A stretch of DNA of 60,429 nt, from assembly GCA_964482715.1 (NCBI GenBank), contig CAYZYX010000005.1, forward strand, positions 1-60,429. The letters are read 5' to 3'. Below the pieces are notes generated by a model. The model saw only the letters and a list, made by a program, of their open reading frames with translations, searched no databases and was not told the origin of the DNA. Position 1 is the stretch's first letter; every line of letters begins with the position of its first letter. Below are positions 1 through 8,994 of this stretch, piece after piece. The stretch is from an uncultured Clostridia bacterium (GTDB taxonomy: Bacteria; Aerophobota; Aerophobia; Aerophobales; B3-G15). Both the position numbers and the translations under genes were made by a program.

Positions 1-75
1 GGCTGTTAGCTCAACTGGTAGAGCAACGGACTCTTAATCCGTAGGTTGCAGGTTCGAGTCCTGCACAGCCCACCA
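1..75 (+). tRNA. tRNA-Lys(CTT); first G lies just outside the window
   Basis: Acceptor GGCTGT/ACAGCC, anticodon arm ACGGA-CT-CTT-AA-TCCGT, T-loop GGTTCGAGTC, encoded CCA at 73-75. Confidence 0.95.
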
Positions 76-283
76 GTTTTAATGTTTTATTCGGGTATAA
101 CCTACTTTGATATGAGAGAATGTGGTATTTTTTTATATTTGTGACCCCCCTGAACTTTAGGGAGTATTGTTAGTTTGACCTATCAAAAAAGTCCAAAAGG
201 TCATTCAGGAAGTTAGAGAACAGGTAATCTATGAAATTGAATCGAGAATTAAATGGTTAGTGTATCATAAAAGGAGGTTAGAG

Positions 284-1573
284 ATGCGAGAAAAGAGGTC
301 AGAAAAAATAAGGAGAATAGGTGTAGGCATCCTGGCAAGTTTTTGTGTAGTTTTATTTTCTTTTAATGCTGCATTAGGCGAAAAAATTACTCTCACCTGG
401 TACGAATGGGTTAGCCAGGAAGCAAAACCGGGCGTGATAGAGCATATGATTGAAGGATTTGAAAAAGAAAATCCCAATATTGATGTGAAAAGGATCACTG
501 ATCCGTGGCCAGTTACACACGATAAAATTATCACCATGTGGCAGGCAGGTAGGTTACCCGATGTCTTAGCTGTGAACCGAAACTGGTTATGGGAATTTGT
601 GTCACTGGGAATAATTGAACCTCTGGATCCTTACTTAGAACAAGAATCATCCGAATTTGCACAGGAGCTAAAAAATAAATTCTTTGAAGCAGCTCAGGGC
701 ATTTTTGCTGGAAAAACTTATGTGTTTCCTTTATGGGGAGGAGTTGCAGCTTTGGTTTACAATGCAGATATGTTCACCAATAAAGGTGTAACCCCACCCG
801 AGAGTTTGGACGAATTTGTCAAGATAAGTGAAAAACTCACAGATCCAGCTAAATTTCAATACGCTACTGTTTTCCCCCTGAGTGAGAAAAATGTTGCAGG
901 AGCTAATGTCTGCTGTATTGGACCCCTGTTATACTCAATGGGTGGTAAATATGTTGAGAATAAAAAGACAGCGTTCAACAAAGAGCCGGGAGTGAAAACT
1001 GTTGAGTTTTTGGTTGATATGGAAAAGAAAGGATATGCTATGCCTGGTTCCATAACCTATACTGCTGCAGATATGCGTGACATGGTTGCAGGCGGTAAGG
1101 TAGCTATGGTTTTAGATGGAGCCTGGTGTTGGGCAGTATACGGTGCTAAGGCCCCTGAACTAAATATTAAAAATGCCCCAATGCCAAAGGGCCAACGAAT
1201 AGGGACAGTCTATAATGGAGGAAACCTGGGTATTCCCAAGCAATCTCGCCATAAAAAGGAAGCATGGGAGTTTATTAAATACATGACCAGTGATGATACA
1301 ATATATTACTGGTACAAAAGTGGATATATGCCTTTAGCCAAGAAATTTGCTGATTATCCCGAATTCAAAACCGAGTATGCGGGATTTTTTGAAACATTCA
1401 AATCCACAGATAATTTCTTTCAGACAGGTTCCATTCCACAGGAAATACAGATGAATCGAATTCTTGTTTCTGCAGTCCATAAGGTATTTTTGGGGCAAAA
1501 ATCTGCCAGAGAAGCTCTGGGTGAGGCAGCTGCTGAGTATGACAAAATTCTTGAAAAAGCTTATGGAGGATAA
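284..1573 (+). CDS. Sugar ABC transporter solute-binding protein (CUT1, SBP family 1)
   Basis: SD AAGGAGG at 271-277 supports ATG 284 over the track start at 260; hydrophobic signal peptide; family-1 SBP-like segments (LPDV, ALVYNADMF, GKVAMVLDG); followed by two permeases. Confidence 0.9.
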   Translation: MREKRSEKIRRIGVGILASFCVVLFSFNAALGEKITLTWYEWVSQEAKPGVIEHMIEGFEKENPNIDVKRITDPWPVTHDKIITMWQAGRLPDVLAVNRNWLWEFVSLGIIEPLDPYLEQESSEFAQELKNKFFEAAQGIFAGKTYVFPLWGGVAALVYNADMFTNKGVTPPESLDEFVKISEKLTDPAKFQYATVFPLSEKNVAGANVCCIGPLLYSMGGKYVENKKTAFNKEPGVKTVEFLVDMEKKGYAMPGSITYTAADMRDMVAGGKVAMVLDGAWCWAVYGAKAPELNIKNAPMPKGQRIGTVYNGGNLGIPKQSRHKKEAWEFIKYMTSDDTIYYWYKSGYMPLAKKFADYPEFKTEYAGFFETFKSTDNFFQTGSIPQEIQMNRILVSAVHKVFLGQKSAREALGEAAAEYDKILEKAYGG

Positions 1574-1600
1574 TAAACTTAGAATATATTCTTGACGCTA

Positions 1601-1641
1601 TACAGAGCAGACAGATTTAATCTGCCTGCTCTGTATTTTTT
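1601..1641 (+). terminator. Stem-loop with T tract after the SBP gene (attenuator or mRNA stabiliser)
   Basis: TACAGAGCAGACAGAT/ATCTGCCTGCTCTGTA near-perfect inverted repeat followed by TTTTTT. Confidence 0.75.
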
Positions 1642-1673
1642 AAATTGTCTGGCTTGATTATAGGAAGTTCACA

Positions 1674-2558
1674 ATGAAGTATAAACCCAGTATAGTGGGC
1701 TGGCTGGCCGTAATCCCGTTGGCGATGAGTCTTATACTGGTTACTACTGTCCCTCTTTGCTACGTTTTTATATTGAGTTTCTACAGATATTACCTGCCGG
1801 AGAAAATACAGAGTTTTATCGGACTTCTCAATTATTTGGAAATTTTAAAAACACGTGAATTCTGGCATTCCTTTTCTGTGACTATTGTGTTTTGTGGATG
1901 TGTAATATTTTTTCATTTAGCCCTGGGCTTAAGTATCGCGCTCTTGCTCAATCAACGATTTCCGGGGTTGGAAAAAGTCAGAAGATTTTTTCGTGCGCTT
2001 ATTATGACTCCCTGGCTTATAGCTGGAGCAGTTGCCGCCTCCATATGGCTTGTATTATTTCATCCCTTTGGTGCTGTTAACAGCATGTTAATGAGTAGCC
2101 ACTTATTAAAAAGACCTCTGATCTGGCTGGGGGATTATCGATTAGCTCTCCCATCGGTAATAGGTCTCTACGTATGGCGAAACCTGCCGTTTTTCATAAT
2201 TATTCTTCTGGCGACAATAGAAAGCATACCCCAGGAACTTTATGAAGCAGCCAGTATTGATGGGGCGAGTAAAATAAACCAGTTTTTATATATTACATTC
2301 CCCTACGTTGTTCCAACTCTTTTGACGTTGGGTATGATAGATACAATTTGGTCTTTTATTCAATTCGATTTAATCTTCCTTACAACAGGAGGAGGACCTG
2401 CTGGTGCTACTCAAAATTTACCTTTACTGGTATACTACACCGCTTTTGAAGATTTAACATTTGGGAAAGCCGCAGCACAGGGCATATTAACTTTTTTATT
2501 TACGCTCACCTTTGCCATATTTTACATTAAACTTTCTGTTCAAAGAGAAAGTGAATGA
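1674..2558 (+). CDS. Carbohydrate ABC permease (MalF-like)
   Basis: Multiple TM segments; EAA loop ELYEAASIDGAS. Confidence 0.92.
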   Translation: MKYKPSIVGWLAVIPLAMSLILVTTVPLCYVFILSFYRYYLPEKIQSFIGLLNYLEILKTREFWHSFSVTIVFCGCVIFFHLALGLSIALLLNQRFPGLEKVRRFFRALIMTPWLIAGAVAASIWLVLFHPFGAVNSMLMSSHLLKRPLIWLGDYRLALPSVIGLYVWRNLPFFIIILLATIESIPQELYEAASIDGASKINQFLYITFPYVVPTLLTLGMIDTIWSFIQFDLIFLTTGGGPAGATQNLPLLVYYTAFEDLTFGKAAAQGILTFLFTLTFAIFYIKLSVQRESE

Positions 2559-3403
2559 GAGGGTTGAGTAAAAACTCGATGATAAATATTAAGAAATATG
2601 TGTGGCTTACTGCATGTATTGTAGTAATTACGATTATACTTCTACCGATCTTTTGGATGTGTTCAATTGCTATAAGGGAATCAGGAGAGGTTTTTACTAT
2701 TCCTCCTCATTGGATTCCAGAAAAAATCACTTTGGTTGCTTTTAAAAGAGTATTAAACGACCCCGTATTTGCTCAGGCTGTGGTAAATAGTGTATTTGTT
2801 TCGCTTTCTGTGGCTTTAATCTCGGTATTCCTGTCAGCTATAGCAGGGTATGGACTTTCTCGATTTAAATTTAAGGGTAAAAATACATTTATTGTTTACA
2901 TGCTCTCCACACAGATGATACCCCCTGTTCTTTTAGTTCTTCCCTATTACCTTATTTTACGAAAGACGGGAATCTACGACACTTACGCTGGTCTCATAAT
3001 GACTTATCTCACGTTTACTTTACCTTTTTGTGCACTCATCCTTAGAGGTTTTTTCGCTAATATACCGGTGGATTTAGACGAGGCTGCGTTAATTGATGGG
3101 TGCTCCCGATTGGGAGCCTTTTTCAGAATAATTTTGCCGTTATCTTTACCAGGAGTAATAGCTACCACTTTGTTTAGTTTCTTGGTTGCATGGAACCAGT
3201 ATCTATTTGCGCTTGTACTTACTTCGTCTGCTAATCGACGGATGCTTACTGTTCTCATTGGAGCCAAGTTGGGTCAATATAATATATTCTGGAATGACCT
3301 TATGGCTATAGATGTGATTGTTTGTTTTCCTTTAATTGCTGGCTTTTTCTTGTTACAAAAATATTTTGTAAGGGGAATTACTGCTGGGGCTATAAAAATA
3401 TAA
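2555..3403 (+). CDS. Carbohydrate ABC permease (MalG-like)
   Basis: EAA loop DLDEAALIDGCS; AWNQYL motif; 4-bp overlap with the upstream permease; start could be ATG 2579. Confidence 0.92.
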   Translation: MRGLSKNSMINIKKYVWLTACIVVITIILLPIFWMCSIAIRESGEVFTIPPHWIPEKITLVAFKRVLNDPVFAQAVVNSVFVSLSVALISVFLSAIAGYGLSRFKFKGKNTFIVYMLSTQMIPPVLLVLPYYLILRKTGIYDTYAGLIMTYLTFTLPFCALILRGFFANIPVDLDEAALIDGCSRLGAFFRIILPLSLPGVIATTLFSFLVAWNQYLFALVLTSSANRRMLTVLIGAKLGQYNIFWNDLMAIDVIVCFPLIAGFFLLQKYFVRGITAGAIKI

Positions 3404-3417
3404 TTAAGGAGAAAATG

Positions 3418-4608
3418 ATGGAAAGCCTTGCTAACCTGAAAAATATAAGATTTTATTTGCCTACAAGAGTTATTTTTGGAGAAGAAACTGTAAATGAAAT
3501 TGGCCAGGAGGCAATTCGGCTTGGAAAGAAAGCTTTGTTGGTAACCGGGAGAGAATCAATGAGAAAGCTGGGCATTACCTCCAGAGTAGAGGGTTTGCTC
3601 ATAGATTCAGGAGTCAAAGTTGTTATTTATGAAAAGGTAGAACCTGAGCCAAGTATTCAAACAGTAAATGAAGGAGGGATGCTGGCAAGATCGGAAAATT
3701 GTGATCTAATTATTGGACTGGGTGGGGGTAGTGTGCTCGATGCTTCAAAGGGGATTGCTGTTATAACCACACAGGAAGGCTCGATAACAGAAGCTATCGA
3801 GAGTAAAGACAAAAACCAGTTTTTTGCGAAAAGAAAAATACTACCGGTCCTCGCTATTCCAACCACATCAGGAACAGGAAGTGAAGTAACCCCCTTTGCT
3901 TTATTTACTGATAAGAAAGAGAGAAGAAAAAAACCATTAGGTCATCCGGTGCTGTACCCCAAATGTGCCATAATTGATCCTGATCTAATGATGGGGATGT
4001 CTCCCAAACTTGCTGCCATAACCGGTATAGATGCACTTGGCCATGCGGTCGAAGCCTATATTTCGCGAAATGCTAATTTTTTATCAGATATGTTTGCCAA
4101 AGAAGCAATACACCTGATTTCTGAAAATCTTCTTCGAGCTATAAGAGATAGAGGTGACCGAGAGGCTCAGAAAAATATGGCTCTGGCCAGTACGCTGGCT
4201 GGAATAGCAAATGCCCAAGCTGGTACAGTAGCAGGTCATGCTATGGCAGTTGCTCTTGGAGGATATTTGGGTATTTCTCATGGAATAGCTGTAGGCTTAT
4301 TTTTACCCTTCGTATTGGATCTCAATAAATCAGTATGTCCGGATAAAATAGCTCAGGTTACGAAAATGTTTATAAAGGATACACAGGAAATTTCCATAAA
4401 TGAACGGATTAAAAAATGTGTAGAGATTTTTCAAACTTTTGTTAGAGATAGCGGGTTACCCACTCACTTAGAAATGAAAATTGACGAAGACCAGATTATG
4501 AGGATTGCAAAGGATGCTTTCACCAAACCGGCTATGAGTTATAATCCCGCTGAATTAAAATTAAGTGACGTAGTAGCTGTAATTAAAAATGTATTCTCTA
4601 AAGCATGA
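3418..4608 (+). CDS. Iron-containing (family III) alcohol dehydrogenase
   Basis: GLGGGSVLD, PTTSGTGSEVT, DALGHAVE and SHG motifs; SD AAGGAG at 3406-3411 favours ATG 3415/3418 over the track start at 3322. Confidence 0.9.
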   Translation: MESLANLKNIRFYLPTRVIFGEETVNEIGQEAIRLGKKALLVTGRESMRKLGITSRVEGLLIDSGVKVVIYEKVEPEPSIQTVNEGGMLARSENCDLIIGLGGGSVLDASKGIAVITTQEGSITEAIESKDKNQFFAKRKILPVLAIPTTSGTGSEVTPFALFTDKKERRKKPLGHPVLYPKCAIIDPDLMMGMSPKLAAITGIDALGHAVEAYISRNANFLSDMFAKEAIHLISENLLRAIRDRGDREAQKNMALASTLAGIANAQAGTVAGHAMAVALGGYLGISHGIAVGLFLPFVLDLNKSVCPDKIAQVTKMFIKDTQEISINERIKKCVEIFQTFVRDSGLPTHLEMKIDEDQIMRIAKDAFTKPAMSYNPAELKLSDVVAVIKNVFSKA

Positions 4609-4681
4609 AAAGCACAGGTTAACGATCCCATTTTGTTTTTGTTTTCAGAATATCTCCCCTTTTATGCTTTTTATCTATTAG

Positions 4682-4805
4682 TTAAATAGCACTTGCCAGT
4701 CTTTTACTAATCTGGATGGCACATTCATCTTTCATCCTGATGACTTAAAACTTCAGGTATAAATCCCGCTCCAATATCCTGGATTTTGTGAGGTCCCGAA
4801 GAGGG
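4682..4805 (-). pseudogene. cysK: Degraded cysteine synthase (CysK-family) fragment
   Basis: Minus strand reads PSSGPHKIQDIGAGFIPEVL (CysK motif GPHKIQGIGAGFIP), then after a frameshift/deletion IRMKDECAIQISKRLA, matching the next CysK helix; no start and no full ORF. Confidence 0.8.
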
Positions 4806-5124
4806 AAATCTCATGAATCTTTTAGAAGTTTTTATCATGAGAAAAGCTGTGGCCCAGCCAAGGGAGAAGACAAATGTCAAAAGATAGCCATTTCCAGAGA
4901 TTTTTTTGAAATCGAAATTTATCCCGGTGTACTAAATAATAAATGAGCCATCTTGTGAAGGAACTATTACAAAAAATTGCTAATAAAATTTTCGTTGATT
5001 TTACTGTGATACTTATATTTTGTTGACATTTATTATTGTAACATTATTTTCTTTACCTTTTATATAGGGAAATTTCCGAAATGACTTATTCAATTTTTGT
5101 TAATTAAATATAGATTTTAGAAGT

Positions 5125-5152
5125 TTGACTTGAAGCTCTTTCAAGTTATAAT
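5125..5152 (+). promoter_or_regulatory. Sigma70-type promoter of the FadR/transketolase operon
   Basis: TTGACT (5125-5130), 16 bp, TATAAT (5147-5152). Confidence 0.7.
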
Positions 5153-5164
5153 TTACCAGTTAGA

Positions 5165-5175
5165 TGGTCTTACCA
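5165..5175. promoter_or_regulatory. Probable FadR-subfamily operator
   Basis: TGGT-CTT-ACCA palindrome just downstream of the -10; matches the TGGT-N3-ACCA pattern of PdhR/LldR-type regulators. Confidence 0.65.
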
Positions 5176-5202
5176 GTATACCAAAAGAAGACTTAATCTG
5201 AA

Positions 5203-5898
5203 ATGTTTGAAAAAGTCCAAACTAAAAAAGTTTATATGGAGATAGTGGAGCAAATACAAAAGTTGATTAAAGAAGGAAAATTGAAGCCTGGGGACAAACT
5301 CCCTCCTGAACGCATCCTGGCGAAAAAACTCGGGGTATCCCGCCCTCCATTAAGAGAAGCTTTGTCAGCACTGGAGATACTTGGGATAATTGAATGTAGA
5401 GGGGGAAGAGGCAATATAATTAAAAACAGTTTTGATCCTGATGTTCTTAAACAGCGATTCAAGGAATTGGAGAGTGAACAGAGCCCGTTTGAGCTTTTGG
5501 AAGCAAGAAAGGTAGTGGAAATGCAGATTGCCGGTCTTGCAGCAAAAAAAGCACTAAAGGAAGATATAGTCGCTATTGAAGAATCCTTAAGAAAGATGAA
5601 AGATTCTCTTTCCAATATCACCAAAATCTTGGAATACGATAGAGAGTTTCATGTTAATGTAGCCAGAGCTGCTCACAACAGTGTACTTTTTTCCATGATG
5701 AATTATTTAGCCGATGGCTTAAAAGAAAAACTATGGGTAAACCTGAAAGAGAAATGTTACAATCTTCCAGGACGTCCCGAGAAGTATCTTCGGGAACATA
5801 TTGAGATCTTTAATGCCATAAAGAACAAGGATAGTAAAGGCGCCTCCAGGAAAATGTACACTCATCTGGCTGGTGTGGAAAAGGACTTACTCGGTTAG
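5203..5898 (+). CDS. GntR family, FadR subfamily transcriptional regulator
   Basis: wHTH LKPGDKLPPERILAKKLGVSRPPLREAL; FCD domain DREFH...AAHNSVL...EHIEIFNAI. Confidence 0.93.
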   Translation: MFEKVQTKKVYMEIVEQIQKLIKEGKLKPGDKLPPERILAKKLGVSRPPLREALSALEILGIIECRGGRGNIIKNSFDPDVLKQRFKELESEQSPFELLEARKVVEMQIAGLAAKKALKEDIVAIEESLRKMKDSLSNITKILEYDREFHVNVARAAHNSVLFSMMNYLADGLKEKLWVNLKEKCYNLPGRPEKYLREHIEIFNAIKNKDSKGASRKMYTHLAGVEKDLLG

Positions 5899-6031
5899 TT
5901 ATGAGAAATTGGATTTTTATATAGAGAATTTATGATTCTTGTCTGATTTTCTTAAGCTATTTGTCTGTTAGCCGGTTTAAGTAGAGTAAAATTGTCAGCT
6001 AACTAATTAAATTTATTGTGAGAGGTGGACC

Positions 6032-6871
6032 GTGAGTTACCATTCTGAAAGTCTAATCGGTGGTTTGCACAAAATTGCAAGACAGGTACGGGTTGATGTA
6101 ATTGAAATGATTCATAGAAGAGAAGCTGGACATCCAGGTGGTTCTCTATCCATTGTAGAAATTCTGGTTGCTCTTTATTTTCATCATTTAAGAATTAAGC
6201 CCGAAGATCCTTCTTGGCCAGAGCGAGATCGATTCATTTTAAGTAAAGGTCATGGATGTTCAGCTCTTTATGCTACACTGGCAAGAAGAGGGTTTTTCCC
6301 TCCAGAAAAGCTTGAAACATGGGGTCATATAGGTTCGTTTTTACAGGGACATCCTGATAGATTGAAAACTCCAGGAGTGGAGATGAGTTCGGGATTTCTG
6401 GGGCACGGGCTTGCCATTGGTGTTGGTTTGGCTTTAGCTGCTCGGATTAGAGGTTTTTCCTATCAAACATATGTTTTATTGGGTGATGGTGAATGCCAGG
6501 CGGGAATTGTATGGGAAGGGGCAATGGCTGCAGGAAAATACAAATTATCAAATTTAACTGTTATTGTTGATTACAATGATGTTCAACTGGATGGTATTGT
6601 ACATGAAATTATGCCTCTTGAACCTTTCATTGATAAATGGTGCTCATTTAATTTTGAGGTGCTACAAATCAACGGCCATAACATGAGAGAAATTCTTGAT
6701 TCTCTGGACATGGCCCTCGAGATTCATGAGAAGCCCGTAGTTATAATAGCTCGTACCACCAAAGGAAAGGGCGTCTCCTATATGGAGAATAAATCTATCT
6801 GGCATGGAAGAGCTCCAACTGAAGAAGAGTTGAAGATAGCAAAAACTGAACTTTTGAAGGAGGAAAATTGA
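6032..6871 (+). CDS. Transketolase, N-terminal (ThDP-binding) subunit
   Basis: GHPGGSLS, LSKGH, LQGHP, ThDP motif GDGE...N, WHG; GTG start. Confidence 0.92.
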   Translation: MSYHSESLIGGLHKIARQVRVDVIEMIHRREAGHPGGSLSIVEILVALYFHHLRIKPEDPSWPERDRFILSKGHGCSALYATLARRGFFPPEKLETWGHIGSFLQGHPDRLKTPGVEMSSGFLGHGLAIGVGLALAARIRGFSYQTYVLLGDGECQAGIVWEGAMAAGKYKLSNLTVIVDYNDVQLDGIVHEIMPLEPFIDKWCSFNFEVLQINGHNMREILDSLDMALEIHEKPVVIIARTTKGKGVSYMENKSIWHGRAPTEEELKIAKTELLKEEN

Positions 6872-7818
6872 TGCAGAAAGTTTCTATTCGAGAAGCTTTT
6901 GGAAAAACATTGGTTAAGATTGGAGCCCAAAATCCAGATGTTGTGGTATTAGTTGCAGATGTTTCCTCTTCACTTATGACAGATTATTTTGGAGAAAAGT
7001 TTCCCGATCGTTTTTTTAATCTGGGAATTCAGGAGGCTGGAATGGTTGATGTTGCGGTTGGTTTTGCACTTGCTGGGATGATTCCTTTCACAAATACATT
7101 TGCTGGTTTGTATCTTCGAACGGTTGAACAGATAAGAACCTGTGTCGCTTATGCCAGAACTAACGTTAAAATTATCGGGGGATACTGTGGATTATCGGAC
7201 TTCAAAGATGGACCAACTCATCATTCTATTGTAGATATTGCTGTTATGAGGGCTCTGCCCAATATGGTGGTTATAAGTCCCGCTGATGCTACAGAAGTCG
7301 AGAAGATTTTACCCCTTGTGGCAGAATACGATGGACCGTGTTATGTTCGTCTAAGCAGGGCAGATTTGCCTGTTGTTTTTGATGATAACCATCAGGTAGA
7401 GATTGGTAAAGGGATCGTCATCAAAGAGGGTGAAGATGTTGCTCTCATTGGTACCGGGGTTATGACCTGGCGCTGTCTTGAAGCGGCAAAAATCTTGTCA
7501 GGTGATGGCATAGATTGTACAGTTATAAATATCCATACCCTTAAGCCATTAGATGAGTCTCTCATAATAGAGACTGCAGAGAAAACGGGAGCTATAGTTA
7601 CCGCTGAGGAACATTCAATCATAGGTGGATTGGGAAGTGCGGTAGCAGAAGTTCTCGCAAATAATTGCCCTGTTGTTGTTGAACGAGTTGGAATTGCTGA
7701 TAGATTTACCGAAACTTCCTTAGATTTTGAATCTTTGCTTGATCATTATGGTATGAGTGTTCAGGATATAGTTGGAGCGGCTAAACGAGCTGTTCATAGA
7801 AAACAAAAAGTTAAATGA
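6868..7818 (+). CDS. Transketolase, C-terminal (pyrimidine-binding) subunit
   Basis: NLGIQE, DGPTHHS, YVRLSR, TLKPLD, EEHSIIGGLGSAV. Confidence 0.92.
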   Translation: MMQKVSIREAFGKTLVKIGAQNPDVVVLVADVSSSLMTDYFGEKFPDRFFNLGIQEAGMVDVAVGFALAGMIPFTNTFAGLYLRTVEQIRTCVAYARTNVKIIGGYCGLSDFKDGPTHHSIVDIAVMRALPNMVVISPADATEVEKILPLVAEYDGPCYVRLSRADLPVVFDDNHQVEIGKGIVIKEGEDVALIGTGVMTWRCLEAAKILSGDGIDCTVINIHTLKPLDESLIIETAEKTGAIVTAEEHSIIGGLGSAVAEVLANNCPVVVERVGIADRFTETSLDFESLLDHYGMSVQDIVGAAKRAVHRKQKVK

Positions 7819-7834
7819 GAAAGAAGGAGTCTAT

Positions 7835-8908
7835 ATGGCAATAAAAGAAAAATTAGGGTTTGGCATAATCGGGGCAGGTGCAATTGCTCCGTTCCATGCT
7901 GAAGCAATTAATGATTTACCTGAAGCGACCCTTGTTGGGGTTTGCGATTCTATAGAGGAAAGAGCAAGATCTCTTGCTGAAAAGTTCAATGCAAAAATGT
8001 GGTGCACTGACTATAGAGAACTTCTGGAAAGGAAAGACATAGATGTCATCAATCTGTGCTTACCCCCTTCTTTAAATGCGAAAATTACTCAGGAAGCTGC
8101 CAAAGTGCATAAGAACGTAATTGTGGAAAAGCCAATGGCTTTAAATGTTGAGCAGGCTGATAGTATGATATCCTCCTGTAAGGAGGCAAAAGTTAAATTG
8201 GGGGTTATTTTTCCTTGTCGTTTTAGCGAGGATACTAAAAGAGTGAAAAACATAATTGAAGAAGGAAGACTGGGAAAGTTATTCATGGGTAACGCTTTTA
8301 CCAACTGGTTCCGAACGAAAGAATACTATGAAAATGCTTCCTGGAGAAAGACTTGGAGTGGTCAGGGCGGAGGAGTTTTAATGAACCAGGCTATACACTC
8401 TATAGATCTTTTACAATGGTATATGGGGCCTGTGAAAAGTATATATGGATTAATGGATACATTTGTACATGATATTGAGGTAGAAGATAGTGCTGTTGCT
8501 ATTTTGCAGTTTGAAAATGGAGCGGTAGGAGTGATTCAGGGGACTACTGCAGCTTTTCCTGGTTTTCCAAGAAAAATAGAAATTTTTGGAGAAAAAGGAA
8601 GCATCGTCTTAAAAGTGCATTTTCTGGAACTTTTAGCTATTATAGGTTCTGAAATGGAAATTAAGGGGGATTTAAGACAAGATTATGTAAATAAAAGACC
8701 CGGAGATTGTTCTTCAGGACCCGTTCATTTAACTTCTGAATATCACAGACTTCAAATAGAAGACTTTATAAACGCTGTAAAGGAAGATAGAAAACCATTT
8801 GTTGATGGAGAAGAAGGAAAAAAATCTCTGGAGATAATTCAGGCAATATACCGGTCAGCCAGAACAGGTAAGACAGTTAGGTTGCCTTTAAAAAGTAATA
8901 GTAGCTAA
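7835..8908 (+). CDS. Gfo/Idh/MocA family NAD(P)-dependent oxidoreductase
   Basis: GIIGAGAIA Rossmann motif, VEKPMA, GGGVLMNQAIHSID; SD AAGGAG supports ATG 7835. Confidence 0.92.
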   Translation: MAIKEKLGFGIIGAGAIAPFHAEAINDLPEATLVGVCDSIEERARSLAEKFNAKMWCTDYRELLERKDIDVINLCLPPSLNAKITQEAAKVHKNVIVEKPMALNVEQADSMISSCKEAKVKLGVIFPCRFSEDTKRVKNIIEEGRLGKLFMGNAFTNWFRTKEYYENASWRKTWSGQGGGVLMNQAIHSIDLLQWYMGPVKSIYGLMDTFVHDIEVEDSAVAILQFENGAVGVIQGTTAAFPGFPRKIEIFGEKGSIVLKVHFLELLAIIGSEMEIKGDLRQDYVNKRPGDCSSGPVHLTSEYHRLQIEDFINAVKEDRKPFVDGEEGKKSLEIIQAIYRSARTGKTVRLPLKSNSS

Positions 8909-8922
8909 TTACAATTTATTTT

Positions 8923-8960
8923 AAAAGGTTTCACTTTGATTTGATAAGTGAGATCCTTTT
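8923..8960 (+). terminator. Intra-operon stem-loop
   Basis: AAAAGGTTTCACTT...AAGTGAGATCCTTTT imperfect inverted repeat ending in T4, between the oxidoreductase and the aminotransferase. Confidence 0.45.
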
Positions 8961-8994
8961 GGGCTTATATCTAAATTGTTAGGAGAGGAGAACC

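Noticed and set aside
176-203. TGACCT-N16-AGGTCA inverted repeat upstream of the first SBP gene
   Set aside because: Only 6-bp arms with a long spacer and no second instance; could be chance
4810-5000. Short ORF-like stretches next to the cysK relic
   Set aside because: Only peptides under about 25 aa, with no recognisable homology by eye; further CysK sequence could not be traced
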